Shown here: in pieces, positions 50,212 through 60,301 of the stretch
Position numbering within the stretch: the first letter of the stretch is position 1
Layout of the letters: each line of letters begins with the position of its first letter
Origin: an uncultured Spirochaetota bacterium
GTDB lineage: Bacteria > Spirochaetota > Spirochaetia > SZUA-6 > Fen-1364
Reading direction: 5' to 3'
Assembly: GCA_963820525.1 (NCBI GenBank)
Contig: CAWGAA010000002.1
Coordinates: 448,001 to 512,000, forward strand
Length of the DNA: 64,000 nucleotides
Translations under genes and position numbers: made by a program
The notes under the pieces: generated by a model
Databases searched by the model: none
Told to the model about the DNA's origin: nothing
What the model saw: only the letters and a program-made list of their open reading frames with translations

Positions 50212-51549
50212 ATGGCCGAGCAGCTTACGATGGATACGCTCGTCTCCCTCTGCAAGAGGAGGGGATTCGTCTTTCAATCCAGCGAGATCTACGGGGGCCT
50301 CGCCTCGGCGTGGGACTACGGGCCCATGGGCGTGGAGCTGAAGAAGCGGATCCAGGAGTTCTGGTGGCGGGAGATGACGCAGCTTCACGACAACATCGTG
50401 GGCCTTGACGCGGCCATCATGATGCACCCCAGGGTCTGGGAAGCCTCGGGCCACGTGGAGAACTTCACGGACCCCCTGGTGGACTGCAAGAAGTGCAAGA
50501 ACCGCTTCCGCGCGGACCAGATTCCCGAAGAGAACATGAAGGCGCACAAGTGTCCCGAGTGCGGCGGGGAACTGACGGACGCGCGCATGTTCAACCTCAT
50601 GTTCAAGACCCACATGGGCCCCCTGGAGGACGAGGCGTCCCTGATCTACCTGAGGCCGGAGACGGCCCAGGGCATCTACGTGAACTACAAGAACGTCCTT
50701 CAGACCGGCAGGGTGAAGATCCCCTTCGGCATCGCGCAGGTGGGAAAGGCCTTCAGAAACGAGATCACGACCAAGAACTTCATCTTCCGCACCTGCGAGT
50801 TCGAGCAGATGGAGATGCAGTATTTCATCCACCCCTCCCAGGACGAGAAATGGTTCGAGCACTGGAAGGAGAAGCGGCTCCAGTACTACCTGGATCTCGG
50901 CATCAGGAAGGAGAAGCTCCGATTCCACCAGCACGGCCCCGGGGAGCTTGCCCACTATGCCAAGAAGGCCTTCGACATCGAGTACGAGTTCCCCTTCGGC
51001 TGGAAGGAGCTGGAAGGCATCCACAACAGGACGGACTATGATTTAAAGCGGCATACCGAGTACTCCGGCAAGGACCTCACCTACCTGGATGACCAGACCC
51101 GGGAGCGCTACATCCCCTATATCATCGAGACCTCAGCGGGCCTCACCCGCACCGTCCTCGTGGTGCTTGCGGATGCCTATGACGAGGAGGAGGTCGAGGG
51201 GGAGAAGAGGGTTGTGCTGCGCTTCCATCCCCGGGTGGCGCCGGTCACCGTCGGGGTATTCCCCCTGGTGAAGAAGGACGGCCTCGCCGAGCTTGCCGGA
51301 AAGCTGGAGGAGGAGCTCCGCGGCGAGTTTCGGACCTTCTATGACGAAAGCGGGGCCATCGGCCGCAGGTACCGCCGCCAGGACGAGGTGGGAACCCCCT
51401 TCTGCGTCACGGTGGATTACCAGAGCAAGGAGGACCACACCGTCACCGTCCGCTTCCGCGACTCCATGGAGCAGGTGCGCGTGGCCATGGACCAGGTCGG
51501 CCCGACGGTGAGGCAGGCGATCAAGGACTACACGAGGAAAGGCGCGTGA
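50212..51549 (+). CDS. glyQS: Glycine--tRNA ligase (alpha2 homodimeric type)
   Basis: LCKRRGFVF..SEIYGG, WEASGH, YLRPETAQG, GKAFRNEI, IGRRYRRQDEVGTP. Confidence 0.96.
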   Translation: MAEQLTMDTLVSLCKRRGFVFQSSEIYGGLASAWDYGPMGVELKKRIQEFWWREMTQLHDNIVGLDAAIMMHPRVWEASGHVENFTDPLVDCKKCKNRFRADQIPEENMKAHKCPECGGELTDARMFNLMFKTHMGPLEDEASLIYLRPETAQGIYVNYKNVLQTGRVKIPFGIAQVGKAFRNEITTKNFIFRTCEFEQMEMQYFIHPSQDEKWFEHWKEKRLQYYLDLGIRKEKLRFHQHGPGELAHYAKKAFDIEYEFPFGWKELEGIHNRTDYDLKRHTEYSGKDLTYLDDQTRERYIPYIIETSAGLTRTVLVVLADAYDEEEVEGEKRVVLRFHPRVAPVTVGVFPLVKKDGLAELAGKLEEELRGEFRTFYDESGAIGRRYRRQDEVGTPFCVTVDYQSKEDHTVTVRFRDSMEQVRVAMDQVGPTVRQAIKDYTRKGA

Positions 51550-52778
51550 GCTCGGCATTCGACACGCTCAAGGAGCGCGGGTTCGTCAGTCAGTGCTCCG
51601 ACGAGGAGGGGCTTCGGAAGCTCCTGGGCTCGGAGAGGGTGACCTTCTATATCGGTTTCGACGCGACGGCGTCCAGTCTCCACGTGGGACACCTCCAGCA
51701 GCTCATGTTCATGGCCCACCTCCAGCGCGCGGGGCACAGGCCCATCGCCTTGGTGGGCGGAGGCACTACGCGCATCGGCGACCCGACGGGGAGAACGGAG
51801 ATGCGAAAGATCCTTCCCGTGGAAACCATCGCCTCCAATGCGCTGGCCTTCAAGAAGCAGATCTCGCGCTTCCTGGACTTCTCCGAGGGCAAGGCCCTCA
51901 TGCTGGACAACGCGGAGTGGCTGGCGCCGCTGAACTACATCGAGTTCCTGAGGGACATCGGCAGGCATTTCTCGGTGAACAGGATGCTCAGCTTCGAGAC
52001 GTACAAGATGCGCCTGGAGACGGGGCTCTCCTTCATCGAGTTCAACTACCAGCTCCTTCAATCCTACGATTACCTCATGCTCTACCAGCGCTACGGCTGC
52101 CGCCTGCAGATGGGCGGCGACGACCAGTGGGGGAATATCGTTGCGGGCATGGACCTGATCCGCCGGGTGGAGGGGGCGGAAACCTTCGCGCTCACCTCTC
52201 CCCTGGTCACGCGATCCGACGGCAAGAAGATGGGAAAGTCCGAGGGCGGAGCCCTCTTCCTCGATCCCGAGATGGTGAGCCCGTACGAGTTCTACCAGTT
52301 CTGGGTGAACGTGCCCGACGCGGACGTCGCGCAGTTCCTCAAGCGATTCACCTTCCTTCCCCTGGATGAGATCGCGGCGCTGTGCTCGACGGACGGGGAG
52401 GGGATCAACAAAGCCAAGCGGGTCCTGGCTCTCCGGATCACCGCCATGGTGCATGGGGAGAAAGCCGCCCGCGATGCCGAGGAAGCCTCCCGTGCCGCGT
52501 TCGGCGGAGGAGAGGCGGCGGATCTCTCGGGAGTCCCGTCCATGGAGATACCCCTGGCCGAGTTGAAAGACGGCATCAATATCGTGGAGCTGTTCGTGCG
52601 CGCCGGTCTCTGCGGGACCAAGAGCGATGCCCGCCGGCTGATCGCGCAGGGCGGGGCATATATCAACAGGAAGAACATCACCGATATCGATGCCGGGGTG
52701 ACGGCCGACATGGCGGAAGACGGCGCCCTGCTCCTGCGGGCGGGGAAGAAGAGGTATTTCAGGCTCATCGTGAGGTGA
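51546..52778 (+). CDS. tyrS: Tyrosine--tRNA ligase
   Basis: YIGFDATASSLHVGH, GG.T.RIGDP, QMGGDDQWGN, KMGKS, S4 domain ending GKKRY. Confidence 0.97.
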   Translation: MSSAFDTLKERGFVSQCSDEEGLRKLLGSERVTFYIGFDATASSLHVGHLQQLMFMAHLQRAGHRPIALVGGGTTRIGDPTGRTEMRKILPVETIASNALAFKKQISRFLDFSEGKALMLDNAEWLAPLNYIEFLRDIGRHFSVNRMLSFETYKMRLETGLSFIEFNYQLLQSYDYLMLYQRYGCRLQMGGDDQWGNIVAGMDLIRRVEGAETFALTSPLVTRSDGKKMGKSEGGALFLDPEMVSPYEFYQFWVNVPDADVAQFLKRFTFLPLDEIAALCSTDGEGINKAKRVLALRITAMVHGEKAARDAEEASRAAFGGGEAADLSGVPSMEIPLAELKDGINIVELFVRAGLCGTKSDARRLIAQGGAYINRKNITDIDAGVTADMAEDGALLLRAGKKRYFRLIVR

Positions 52779-53365
52779 AAGGAGGACGCGGCGCCGGCCG
52801 CGTGAATGTGGCGCTCTGGGCAGCGAATCTGAGAAAGTATCTGCGCGCTATCGGCGCGTCGATCCATCCCCTCCGGGCCGCCTACGAAGTCTGCGCGACA
52901 CTCGTCGTATGCGTCCCGTTCCTTGTCGCGTATGTCGTGAACAGGACGGCCCCCCTCTATGTCTACCTCCTGTACCCCGCGCTCTTTCTCGTATCGCACC
53001 TGGTCTGGTTCCGGCTGCCGTTCGTGGACCGCAGGGTGCGCTGGGGCCTCTTCTGGTTCACTCTCAGCATCATCGTCGCCCTCGGTGCGGGCTTCCTCTA
53101 CGCGAACTACAGGGAGTCGACGGCTCTGGCCGGGCCTCTCAGGCCCGAGGGGATCCTCTGGATCCCCCACTGGGTGAACGAATCCCTCGACGTGCCCTTC
53201 CCCACGGTGGCGGCGGTTTTCCTGATCCCTTCGGCCTGCGCGGCCGCGCTCTACTGTCTCGTTCTCGCCCTCTTCCTCGGGGCGTACCGGTCTTACAGGC
53301 AGGCAGAGCGGCGGCGCCGGGAGGGAAAGCGGACGCCTCCCGAGAACGGACCGACTCCGCCCTAG
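52775..53365 (+). CDS. Hypothetical multi-pass membrane protein (start uncertain)
   Basis: GTGA overlap with the tyrS stop; about 4 hydrophobic segments. Confidence 0.6.
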   Translation: MKGGRGAGRVNVALWAANLRKYLRAIGASIHPLRAAYEVCATLVVCVPFLVAYVVNRTAPLYVYLLYPALFLVSHLVWFRLPFVDRRVRWGLFWFTLSIIVALGAGFLYANYRESTALAGPLRPEGILWIPHWVNESLDVPFPTVAAVFLIPSACAAALYCLVLALFLGAYRSYRQAERRRREGKRTPPENGPTPP

Positions 53366-53841
53366 TATTGGCCGCGGAACGGAGTGTGACAGGCTCCGCA
53401 GGCCGCCTGGACCTTGGCGAACTGGGCCTGCGTCGCCGCCTTGTCCCCGCCGTCCGCGATTGCCATCAGGCTCTCGGCGGCGGCGTTGAGGGCCGCGGCC
53501 CCGGCCGTCACATCGGCGATCGCCGCTCCCTTGAAGAAGAACTTGTCTCCCGCCACGGGGTACACATCGGAATAGGTATCCTTGAAGAGAATGGGAATGA
53601 AGAGAGAAGTGGCCGCGATCCCCCGCGCGCTTGAAACGACCGCCTTCACGTTGTCCGCATTGAGCTTTGCCGCGATGTCGCCCGCCAGCGCGCCCTGAGT
53701 CCCCATCAGGAACTTGCGGACGGTGACATACTGCTTGGGCGAGGCGGTATCCGGCAGGAGCGGGTCGGTCGCGAACAGGGTGGATGCCGCTCCGGCAAGC
53801 TGAACGGCCGCGAGCGCCGCCAGGATGAAACCTTTTTTCAT
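53362..53841 (-). CDS. Periplasmic class II cytochrome c (cytochrome c'-like)
   Basis: Signal peptide MKKGFILAALAA, helical Ala-rich body, C-terminal CGACH; GGAGG RBS. Confidence 0.85.
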   Translation of the reverse strand: MKKGFILAALAAVQLAGAASTLFATDPLLPDTASPKQYVTVRKFLMGTQGALAGDIAAKLNADNVKAVVSSARGIAATSLFIPILFKDTYSDVYPVAGDKFFFKGAAIADVTAGAAALNAAAESLMAIADGGDKAATQAQFAKVQAACGACHTPFRGQY

Positions 53842-53953
53842 ACGGACCTCCTGCAAAATGGAACGTTTCTTTCTCTTTTTTCAATATACTGGCGGCGGGC
53901 GCCGGCGTGACCGACGATTGCGCAACCTCTTGCCATTGCCGTATCTTCTCTTC

Positions 53954-56014
53954 GTGAGCTCCCCCCACGCGCGTCAGTCATCCGCCATTAGGTTCGCCGG
54001 ACTCGCGCTGCTGGTCGTGCCCATTCTCCTCATGGCCACGTTTCGAAAGTCCGCCTTCAGCATCTCCGACCTGCTGTATGCCGGGCTGCTCGCGCTGCAC
54101 GCGGGATGCGCGCTGTCTTTTCTCGTCCGCGGCCTGTCGCGCGGCGGGCTCGCCGTGCACCGCAGGTCCTTTTTTCCCGTGCTCTACAGGGCCCCCGAGG
54201 TGCTCCTGACGGTTTCCCTCGTCTTCCTGCTCTTTGTCTATATCTACGCGACAAACGCCAATATGAGCTACGTGCAGAGGTTCATTGCGACGGGAGGCAA
54301 CCTGGGCCTGGCGCCGAACAGCGACCAGGAGCGGCTGGCGGCTGCGGTGAGGTTCCTGCCCCTCCTGGCCGCCGACTTTTCCCTGTTCGTCTTTTCGCGC
54401 CTCTTTGCAGGAGCTTCCCCGGTGCCCGCGGCTGTAAAGCAGTTCCCGGTCCTTGCGGCCGTCCGGCCATGGGCCCTTCCCCTATGCATGCTCTCCGGCG
54501 TCCTCTACGCCCTCTGCTTTCCGTCGTTTCTCTCGGAGGACGGGTTTCCCGCGCTCGGATACGTCTGCCTCATTCCCCTTCTGGTCGCCCTTCAGGCCGA
54601 GGACGCGGGCTGGGGCGTCTTCCTCGGCACCGCGTTCGGGCTGATCCAGTCGATGATAACCAACTATTGGCTGGGGACTTTCGACCTGGTGTCGCTTCAG
54701 TTCCAGACCGGGGTTTCCCTGGTCGAATACCTTCCGTTCATGGCAATTACCCTGCCGCTGGCTAGGCGCGCGGGAAAGCTTTCTTTCCTGGTTTTCCCCG
54801 CCGCCTGGACCCTCTTCGACTATCTCAAGAGCCTCGGGTTTCTCGGCTATCCCTGGGACATGCTCGGCACCTCCCAATACAGGGCGATACCGTTGATCCA
54901 GATCTCTTCCATTACGGGGGTCTGGGGCGTTACGTTCCTCCTCACGCTCTTCAACGCGGCAGCCGCCGAAGCGATAGCGACCCTGGGCGCCGGAAAACGG
55001 CCGCGGACCATGCCGTTCGCCGTCGTGGCTGCTACCTTTTGCGCGGCCCTCGCATGGGGGGCGGTCCGCATCGCGGCGGTGGACTCCGTGCTGGCCTCCG
55101 CCGGAACGCCTGTCGTGAGGCTCGCCCTTGTCCAGCAGAATGGGGACCCGCGAAAGGACGACTACAGAAGGGACTTCGAGACGCTCGAAAGGCTCACTGA
55201 CCGCTCGCTTTCCTCCACGCCGGACCTCGTCGTGTGGTCGGAGACCGCGTTCGTCGCCAACATCAGACGGTGGAGCGCCGAGGACCCGGCCAAGGAGCCG
55301 CTCGCGGCGCTGGTTCGGGATTTCCTCGCATACCAGAAGTCGATTGGGACCTGGCTGCTCACGGGCAACGACGACTACGAGCTTGTGGCGGGCCCTCAGG
55401 GAGAAAAGAGGCTCGACTACAATGCCGCGGTTCTCTTCTCTCCCGATGGCCGCAGGGTGGAAACGTACCACAAGATCCATCTCGTCCCCTTTACCGAGTA
55501 CTTCCCCTACGCCAAAGAGCTCCCTCAAGTAGCCGCCCTTTTAAAAAACTTCGACGTGCATCTGTGGGAGCCGGGAAGACGGCGCGTGGTTTTTCGTACC
55601 CCCTCCTTTTCATTCTCCACGCCGATATGCTTCGAGGATGTCTTCCCATCGGATGTCCGCGCCTTCGTCGCCGCCGGGGCGGATGCCATCGTCAATCTCT
55701 CCAACGACTACTGGTCTCTCACCCACGCCGAGGCCATGCAGCATGCCGTGAACGGACTTTTCCGAGCTGTGGAAAACGGCAAGCCCCTGGCCCGCGCCGC
55801 CGCCTCGGGGCTCACCTGCCTCGTGGATCCGCTGGGCAGGATCACGGCGCGCGCTCCCCTGTACGAACAGGCGCTCCTCACGGTGGACATGAAGCTCCCG
55901 CACCTTGCGCCCACCCCCTATGCACTGCTGGGAGACTGGTTCCCTTGGGTGATGGCCGCCCTGCTCATCCTGACCGCCGGCATCGCCGCGAGGCGGTCCC
56001 GGGAAAGCCGCTGA
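53954..56014 (+). CDS. lnt: Apolipoprotein N-acyltransferase, paralog 1, with an N-terminal membrane extension (start uncertain)
   Basis: GYPW, WSET, YHKIHLVPFTE, PICFED, NLSND.W, QH....FRAVEN. Confidence 0.9.
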   Translation: MSSPHARQSSAIRFAGLALLVVPILLMATFRKSAFSISDLLYAGLLALHAGCALSFLVRGLSRGGLAVHRRSFFPVLYRAPEVLLTVSLVFLLFVYIYATNANMSYVQRFIATGGNLGLAPNSDQERLAAAVRFLPLLAADFSLFVFSRLFAGASPVPAAVKQFPVLAAVRPWALPLCMLSGVLYALCFPSFLSEDGFPALGYVCLIPLLVALQAEDAGWGVFLGTAFGLIQSMITNYWLGTFDLVSLQFQTGVSLVEYLPFMAITLPLARRAGKLSFLVFPAAWTLFDYLKSLGFLGYPWDMLGTSQYRAIPLIQISSITGVWGVTFLLTLFNAAAAEAIATLGAGKRPRTMPFAVVAATFCAALAWGAVRIAAVDSVLASAGTPVVRLALVQQNGDPRKDDYRRDFETLERLTDRSLSSTPDLVVWSETAFVANIRRWSAEDPAKEPLAALVRDFLAYQKSIGTWLLTGNDDYELVAGPQGEKRLDYNAAVLFSPDGRRVETYHKIHLVPFTEYFPYAKELPQVAALLKNFDVHLWEPGRRRVVFRTPSFSFSTPICFEDVFPSDVRAFVAAGADAIVNLSNDYWSLTHAEAMQHAVNGLFRAVENGKPLARAAASGLTCLVDPLGRITARAPLYEQALLTVDMKLPHLAPTPYALLGDWFPWVMAALLILTAGIAARRSRESR

Positions 56015-56736
56015 TGGCAGAGCGCAGAATCCGCATGCTCTATTCGATCCTCCTGGAAGCCTACGGCCATCAGGGCTGGTGGCCATTGGCTTCCTGCGTC
56101 CGGCGGAGAGGCTTCGACGAGCGCGGCTACCATCCCGGAAACTACCGGGTGCCCGCCACACCGGCCCAAAGGCTGGAGATCATCTTCGGCGCCATCCTCA
56201 CCCAGAACACCGCCTGGGCGAACGCTGAAAAAGCCCTCATGCGCATGTTTGACGCCGAAATCCGCACGCCGGGAGATTTGAAAGCCTGCACATCCAGAAG
56301 ACTTGCCCGGCTCATCATGCCCTCGGGGTACTACAACCAGAAAGCCCGCAAGCTGAAAGCCCTCGAGCCGCTGCTGGAATCTCCCGGTGCGCTTACCGGG
56401 CGCGCGCCCCCGTCGCGGAACGGCCTTCTCTCCATCTGGGGAATTGGGGAGGAGACGGCGGATTCCATCCTCCTCTATGCCTTCCACCTGCCGTTCTTCG
56501 TCGTGGATGCGTACACCCGGCGCCTGCTCCAGCGCATCGGGATCCTCCACGGCGGTGAGAGCTACGGGGACATCCAGCGGATCTTCCAGGCCGCCCTTGC
56601 CCCCGACCACGAGCTTTCGAACGAGTACCATGCCCTCATCGTGGAGCACGCCAAGAGGCGCTGCAGAACCAGGCCGCTGTGCGAAGGCTGCCCCGTTCTC
56701 ATCTGCCCTTCCCGAATCGAGCCGAAGGGGACGTGA
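56014..56736 (+). CDS. Endonuclease III-related HhH-GPD protein with a 4Fe-4S motif
   Basis: YGHQGWWP, GAILTQNTAW, GIGEETADSILLYA, VVDAYT, C..RP.C..CP...C. Confidence 0.88.
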   Translation: MAERRIRMLYSILLEAYGHQGWWPLASCVRRRGFDERGYHPGNYRVPATPAQRLEIIFGAILTQNTAWANAEKALMRMFDAEIRTPGDLKACTSRRLARLIMPSGYYNQKARKLKALEPLLESPGALTGRAPPSRNGLLSIWGIGEETADSILLYAFHLPFFVVDAYTRRLLQRIGILHGGESYGDIQRIFQAALAPDHELSNEYHALIVEHAKRRCRTRPLCEGCPVLICPSRIEPKGT

Positions 56737-56823
56737 GGCTTCGGGGAGCCCCTTGGCATTCGGCCTCGCCTCGACCGATGCCCGGCTTGAATTCAGGCCC
56801 GTTCTGGATCACCATTTCAGGCC

Positions 56824-58014
56824 ATGGGAAACGGGAGCGCGCAAGGCTTCATCGTGGTGAGCGGGCACCTCTGCCTCGACATCATCCCGGCATTTCCCTA
56901 TTCTGAAAATCCGCACGAATACTTTCGTCCGGGAAGGCTTTCCGTTGTCGGGCAGCCCGTCGTCTCCACGGGAGGCGCGGTTTCCAACGTGGGCATCAGC
57001 CTGCACAGGCTCGGCATTCCCGCCAGGCTCCTGGCCAGGGTCGGAAACGATTCTTTCGGCAGGCTCGTCCTCGAGCACATCGGGCGTCAGGGCGAAGAGC
57101 TCTCGCGGTGGATCTCCCAGGTTGAGGGCGAGACAAGCTCCTACACGGTCGTGCTCAGCCCCCCGGGTGTAGACCGGATCTTTCTGCATTGCCCCGGTTC
57201 CAACGATACCTTTACGGAAAGGGACGTGAGCGACGCGGCGCTCCAGGGCGCCCGGATATTCCATTTCGGCTACCCGCCTCTGATGAAGGGGATCTATTCC
57301 GACGGCGGGCGAGGCCTCGGCGGCCTGTTTAGAAGGGCGAAAGCGCGCGGCGCGCTCACGTCACTCGACCTGAGCCTTCCGGATCCCGACAGCGATTCAG
57401 GCCGCGTGGATTGGGAAGCATTCCTCGCCCAGGTGCTCCCACAGGTAGACATCTTCGTGCCGAGCATCGAAGAGCTTGCTTTCATGCTCGACCGTCCGCT
57501 GTTCCAGCGGCTCTCCTCCCGAGGGGGCGCGGACCCGATCGGCGGGGGGGTCCTGCTCGGCGAGCTTGCAGAGCTTGCGCGACGGGCCCTCGACTTCGGC
57601 GTCCGCGTCGTCCTGATAAAGCTGGGAGCCCGGGGCGCGTACCTCCGCACGGGAAGCGGGGGATTGCGTGATGGAGGCGGATGGATGGACAGGGAGCTGT
57701 ATGCCCCCGCATTCGCCGTCGATCGGCCGGCAGGGACGACGGGGGCGGGGGACGCCGCCATTGCGGGCTTCCTCGCGTCGATTTTCAAGGGCATTCCGGC
57801 AGACCGTGCTCTCACAATGGCTGTCGCGGTGGGAGGATGCTGCGTGGAGGCTCCCGACGCCACCTCAGGCGTGGGAACCTGGGAAGAAACCCTCGCCCGC
57901 GTGCAGGGGGGATGGAGGCGCGTACCCGCGGAGGTCACGGAGACCGGCTGGCGCCGCGACAGAGACGGCACCTGGGCGGGGCCAGGGGACAAGGGCGAGC
58001 CGGGCTGCTACTGA
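56824..58014 (+). CDS. PfkB family carbohydrate kinase
   Basis: GG..SN....L.RLG, VGNDSFG, IKLGARG, TTGAGDA. Confidence 0.92.
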   Translation: MGNGSAQGFIVVSGHLCLDIIPAFPYSENPHEYFRPGRLSVVGQPVVSTGGAVSNVGISLHRLGIPARLLARVGNDSFGRLVLEHIGRQGEELSRWISQVEGETSSYTVVLSPPGVDRIFLHCPGSNDTFTERDVSDAALQGARIFHFGYPPLMKGIYSDGGRGLGGLFRRAKARGALTSLDLSLPDPDSDSGRVDWEAFLAQVLPQVDIFVPSIEELAFMLDRPLFQRLSSRGGADPIGGGVLLGELAELARRALDFGVRVVLIKLGARGAYLRTGSGGLRDGGGWMDRELYAPAFAVDRPAGTTGAGDAAIAGFLASIFKGIPADRALTMAVAVGGCCVEAPDATSGVGTWEETLARVQGGWRRVPAEVTETGWRRDRDGTWAGPGDKGEPGCY

Positions 58015-59546
58015 CCTGAATCGAAGATGGTCTTTCCGACCTCGAAGGATTTGAGATCCACTTTTTTTCTATATTCCTCGACATCGGCCAGCTCGCGCTC
58101 AAGCTCGGTGAACCGGTAGGCGAAAGCCCCGTCAGCCTGTTGGACGGGCTCGGCCGACTTCAATGCCGCAAAGCGGCGGACGATCCTGTCCCTCACCCGA
58201 TCGTATCTCTTCGGCGTGGACTCGGCGCCGTCCGGGCCGATGTTCCTGGGATCCACGTGCGAAGGATTGGCCAGGATGTGGGAGTAGATCCGCTTTTTCA
58301 GATTCTCCTCCTGGATGGTCTGGTTCTGCCGGTCCAGGCGGATCTTGCGCAGAAGGGGGATCAGGAAGAAGAGCACGGAGAAGGCAACCGGCACGATGCC
58401 CAGCGCAATCGAGATGAGCGGGACAGGGTTCGCGACGCCGAGGCTTTGAAGCCCGTGGTAGGTGATGTAATACAGGAAAGTGAGAAAATCGGTCCGGCCC
58501 TGAGATTCGGGGCCGATGCCGACGACGAAGGACATGCCCGGGGTCAGGGGGAAGAAGAGAAACACGGACCCGAAGAGGAGATTGAAGGCGTTGAAGAAGC
58601 CGATCCACCCATTGGTCCTCTTCTTGTTGGCCGAGAAGGGGACGGGAGACTTTTCAATGGGGCTTGAAAGGGAGACCGAGCCGAAAGACTTCTGCTCGCT
58701 CTCCGTTGTCCGCAGCAGCTCGGGGAACGCAAAGATGATCGTCCCGTCGTCCGTGACCCTCGGCTCTCCCTCGAACTCCAGCAGGTAGCGGTTGATGAGG
58801 GCCTGCGCCTCCTCGCTGTCCCTGCCGGTGAGGGTCATGAGCTCCTCGATCGTCATCACGCCCCGCTTGCTCCTGATGTAGGAGATGACGTGGGTTTTTT
58901 CAGCCGTGTCCCACCCCAGGTTCGCCTCCCCTTCGCCGAACACGAAACCGAAGACCGACTTGTAGAATGGCCTTCCCGGCGGCCTGCGCTGCCGCGAGCC
59001 TTGAACCCCCTGGAGCAGGCTCGAGGTGAACCACATCCGCAGCACCAGATCGAACAGCCGCATGACGAGGAACATGGCCCCGAAGCCGTCGCCGCCCCGC
59101 CGCGAGCGGCCGCCCCTGTCCCGGCTCCCCGCCGCGCTCGCCGCCATGGAAGCCACGACAGCCAGCACCACCAGCGCAACGAAGACCAGGAAGTAGCCGA
59201 CGAGCATCACGACGATCCAGATCTTGAACAGGAATGAGAGCACCCGCGCCGCGGCAGAGAGGAAGCTCTTCAAGAATCGCCTGGCGGCGGGGCCGAAGCC
59301 GCGTTTCGTGCTCCGCATTCCCGAGGGGAACGAGTAGAGAAGCTCGCCCGACTCCGTCACTTTCAGCTGCCCGGCATACTCGTCGAGAGCCACCCTGGCC
59401 GCCCGCTCCACCTGGTACTTCGGCAGTCCCGTGCCCGCAATCATGTCTGCGATTGTCGACTCGTTTCTCCGTCTCTTGAGGAAAGAGACGAGCTGGCCTT
59501 CGACTCTTTCCATGGGAAAATCGTAGACTTTGCGGGTGCTCACCAC
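58008..59546 (-). CDS. Hypothetical membrane protein
   Basis: 512-aa ORF with TM segments and two repeats of a G..KV(T)..G...[YF].FP motif. Confidence 0.7.
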   Translation of the reverse strand: MVSTRKVYDFPMERVEGQLVSFLKRRRNESTIADMIAGTGLPKYQVERAARVALDEYAGQLKVTESGELLYSFPSGMRSTKRGFGPAARRFLKSFLSAAARVLSFLFKIWIVVMLVGYFLVFVALVVLAVVASMAASAAGSRDRGGRSRRGGDGFGAMFLVMRLFDLVLRMWFTSSLLQGVQGSRQRRPPGRPFYKSVFGFVFGEGEANLGWDTAEKTHVISYIRSKRGVMTIEELMTLTGRDSEEAQALINRYLLEFEGEPRVTDDGTIIFAFPELLRTTESEQKSFGSVSLSSPIEKSPVPFSANKKRTNGWIGFFNAFNLLFGSVFLFFPLTPGMSFVVGIGPESQGRTDFLTFLYYITYHGLQSLGVANPVPLISIALGIVPVAFSVLFFLIPLLRKIRLDRQNQTIQEENLKKRIYSHILANPSHVDPRNIGPDGAESTPKRYDRVRDRIVRRFAALKSAEPVQQADGAFAYRFTELERELADVEEYRKKVDLKSFEVGKTIFDSGQ

Positions 59547-59715
59547 GAGGCGCCTCCTGGACTCGATGTTTCATATCAATGGTACACCACAATGCCGCTA
59601 AAGGGAACCCGGCGGCTTCGGGGGGCTTGACACCTGCCGCCATCTTTTGATAGGTTTATAAATCGTTGTTTGCGAAACAATTGGATGAACCCCACGGGGC
59701 GATTTCGGGAGGTAC

Positions 59716-59988
59716 GTGTCTTTGAGCAGAAACTTAGCCGCAGAAAAGAGCGATAGGCAGAGCGAGAAGCGGCGCCTGCGCAACAGGATGATCAAGAGCA
59801 AGGCCAAGACCCTCGTCAAGGAACTGATCGATCTGGTGAACGAGAAGAAAAAGGACGAGGCGAAGAAGGCCTACGTCGAGCTTTCCTCTTTCCTCGACAA
59901 GGCCGTCACGAAGGGCATCTACCACAAGAACACGGCCTCGCGCAAGAAATCGCGGATGAACGTCCTGCTGAACACTTTGGGAGCATAG
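59716..59988 (+). CDS. rpsT: 30S ribosomal protein S20
   Basis: AEK..RQSEKRRLRN...KS..KT..K, LDKAV.KG..HKNTASRKKSR. Confidence 0.95.
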   Translation: MSLSRNLAAEKSDRQSEKRRLRNRMIKSKAKTLVKELIDLVNEKKKDEAKKAYVELSSFLDKAVTKGIYHKNTASRKKSRMNVLLNTLGA

Positions 59989-60000
59989 CGGGTTATCATC

Positions 60001-60300
60001 GTGGCCAGGGAGAAGCTTTCCAAGGCCGAAATCGTCGAGAATATCTACCCTTTGGTCAAGGTCAGCAAGAAGAGCATCCACAGGATCATCGACATGTTCT
60101 TCGATCAGATCAAGATGGGGCTTCTTTCGGACCGCATCATAGAGCTTCGGGGGCTTGGCACCTTCGAGATACGAACACGCAAGGGCAGAAAAGCGCGCAA
60201 CCCCAAGACGGGTGATTCTGTCATGGTGAGAAACCACGGAGTGGCGCATTTCAGGCCGGGCAGGGAGCTCAAGCAGAAGGTCTGGGACCTTCGCAGTTAG
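60001..60300 (+). CDS. HU/IHF family DNA-binding protein (Hbb-like position after rpsT)
   Basis: IELRGLGTFE.R.RK...RNPKTG...FRPGRELK. Confidence 0.93.
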   Translation: MAREKLSKAEIVENIYPLVKVSKKSIHRIIDMFFDQIKMGLLSDRIIELRGLGTFEIRTRKGRKARNPKTGDSVMVRNHGVAHFRPGRELKQKVWDLRS

Positions 60301-60301
60301 C

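Noticed and set aside
49711..53968. Long antisense or alternative-frame ORFs (e.g. 49711-51024, 52292-53968; also 5229-6689, 54482-55528)
   Set aside because: Shadow ORFs of well-supported genes in high-GC DNA.
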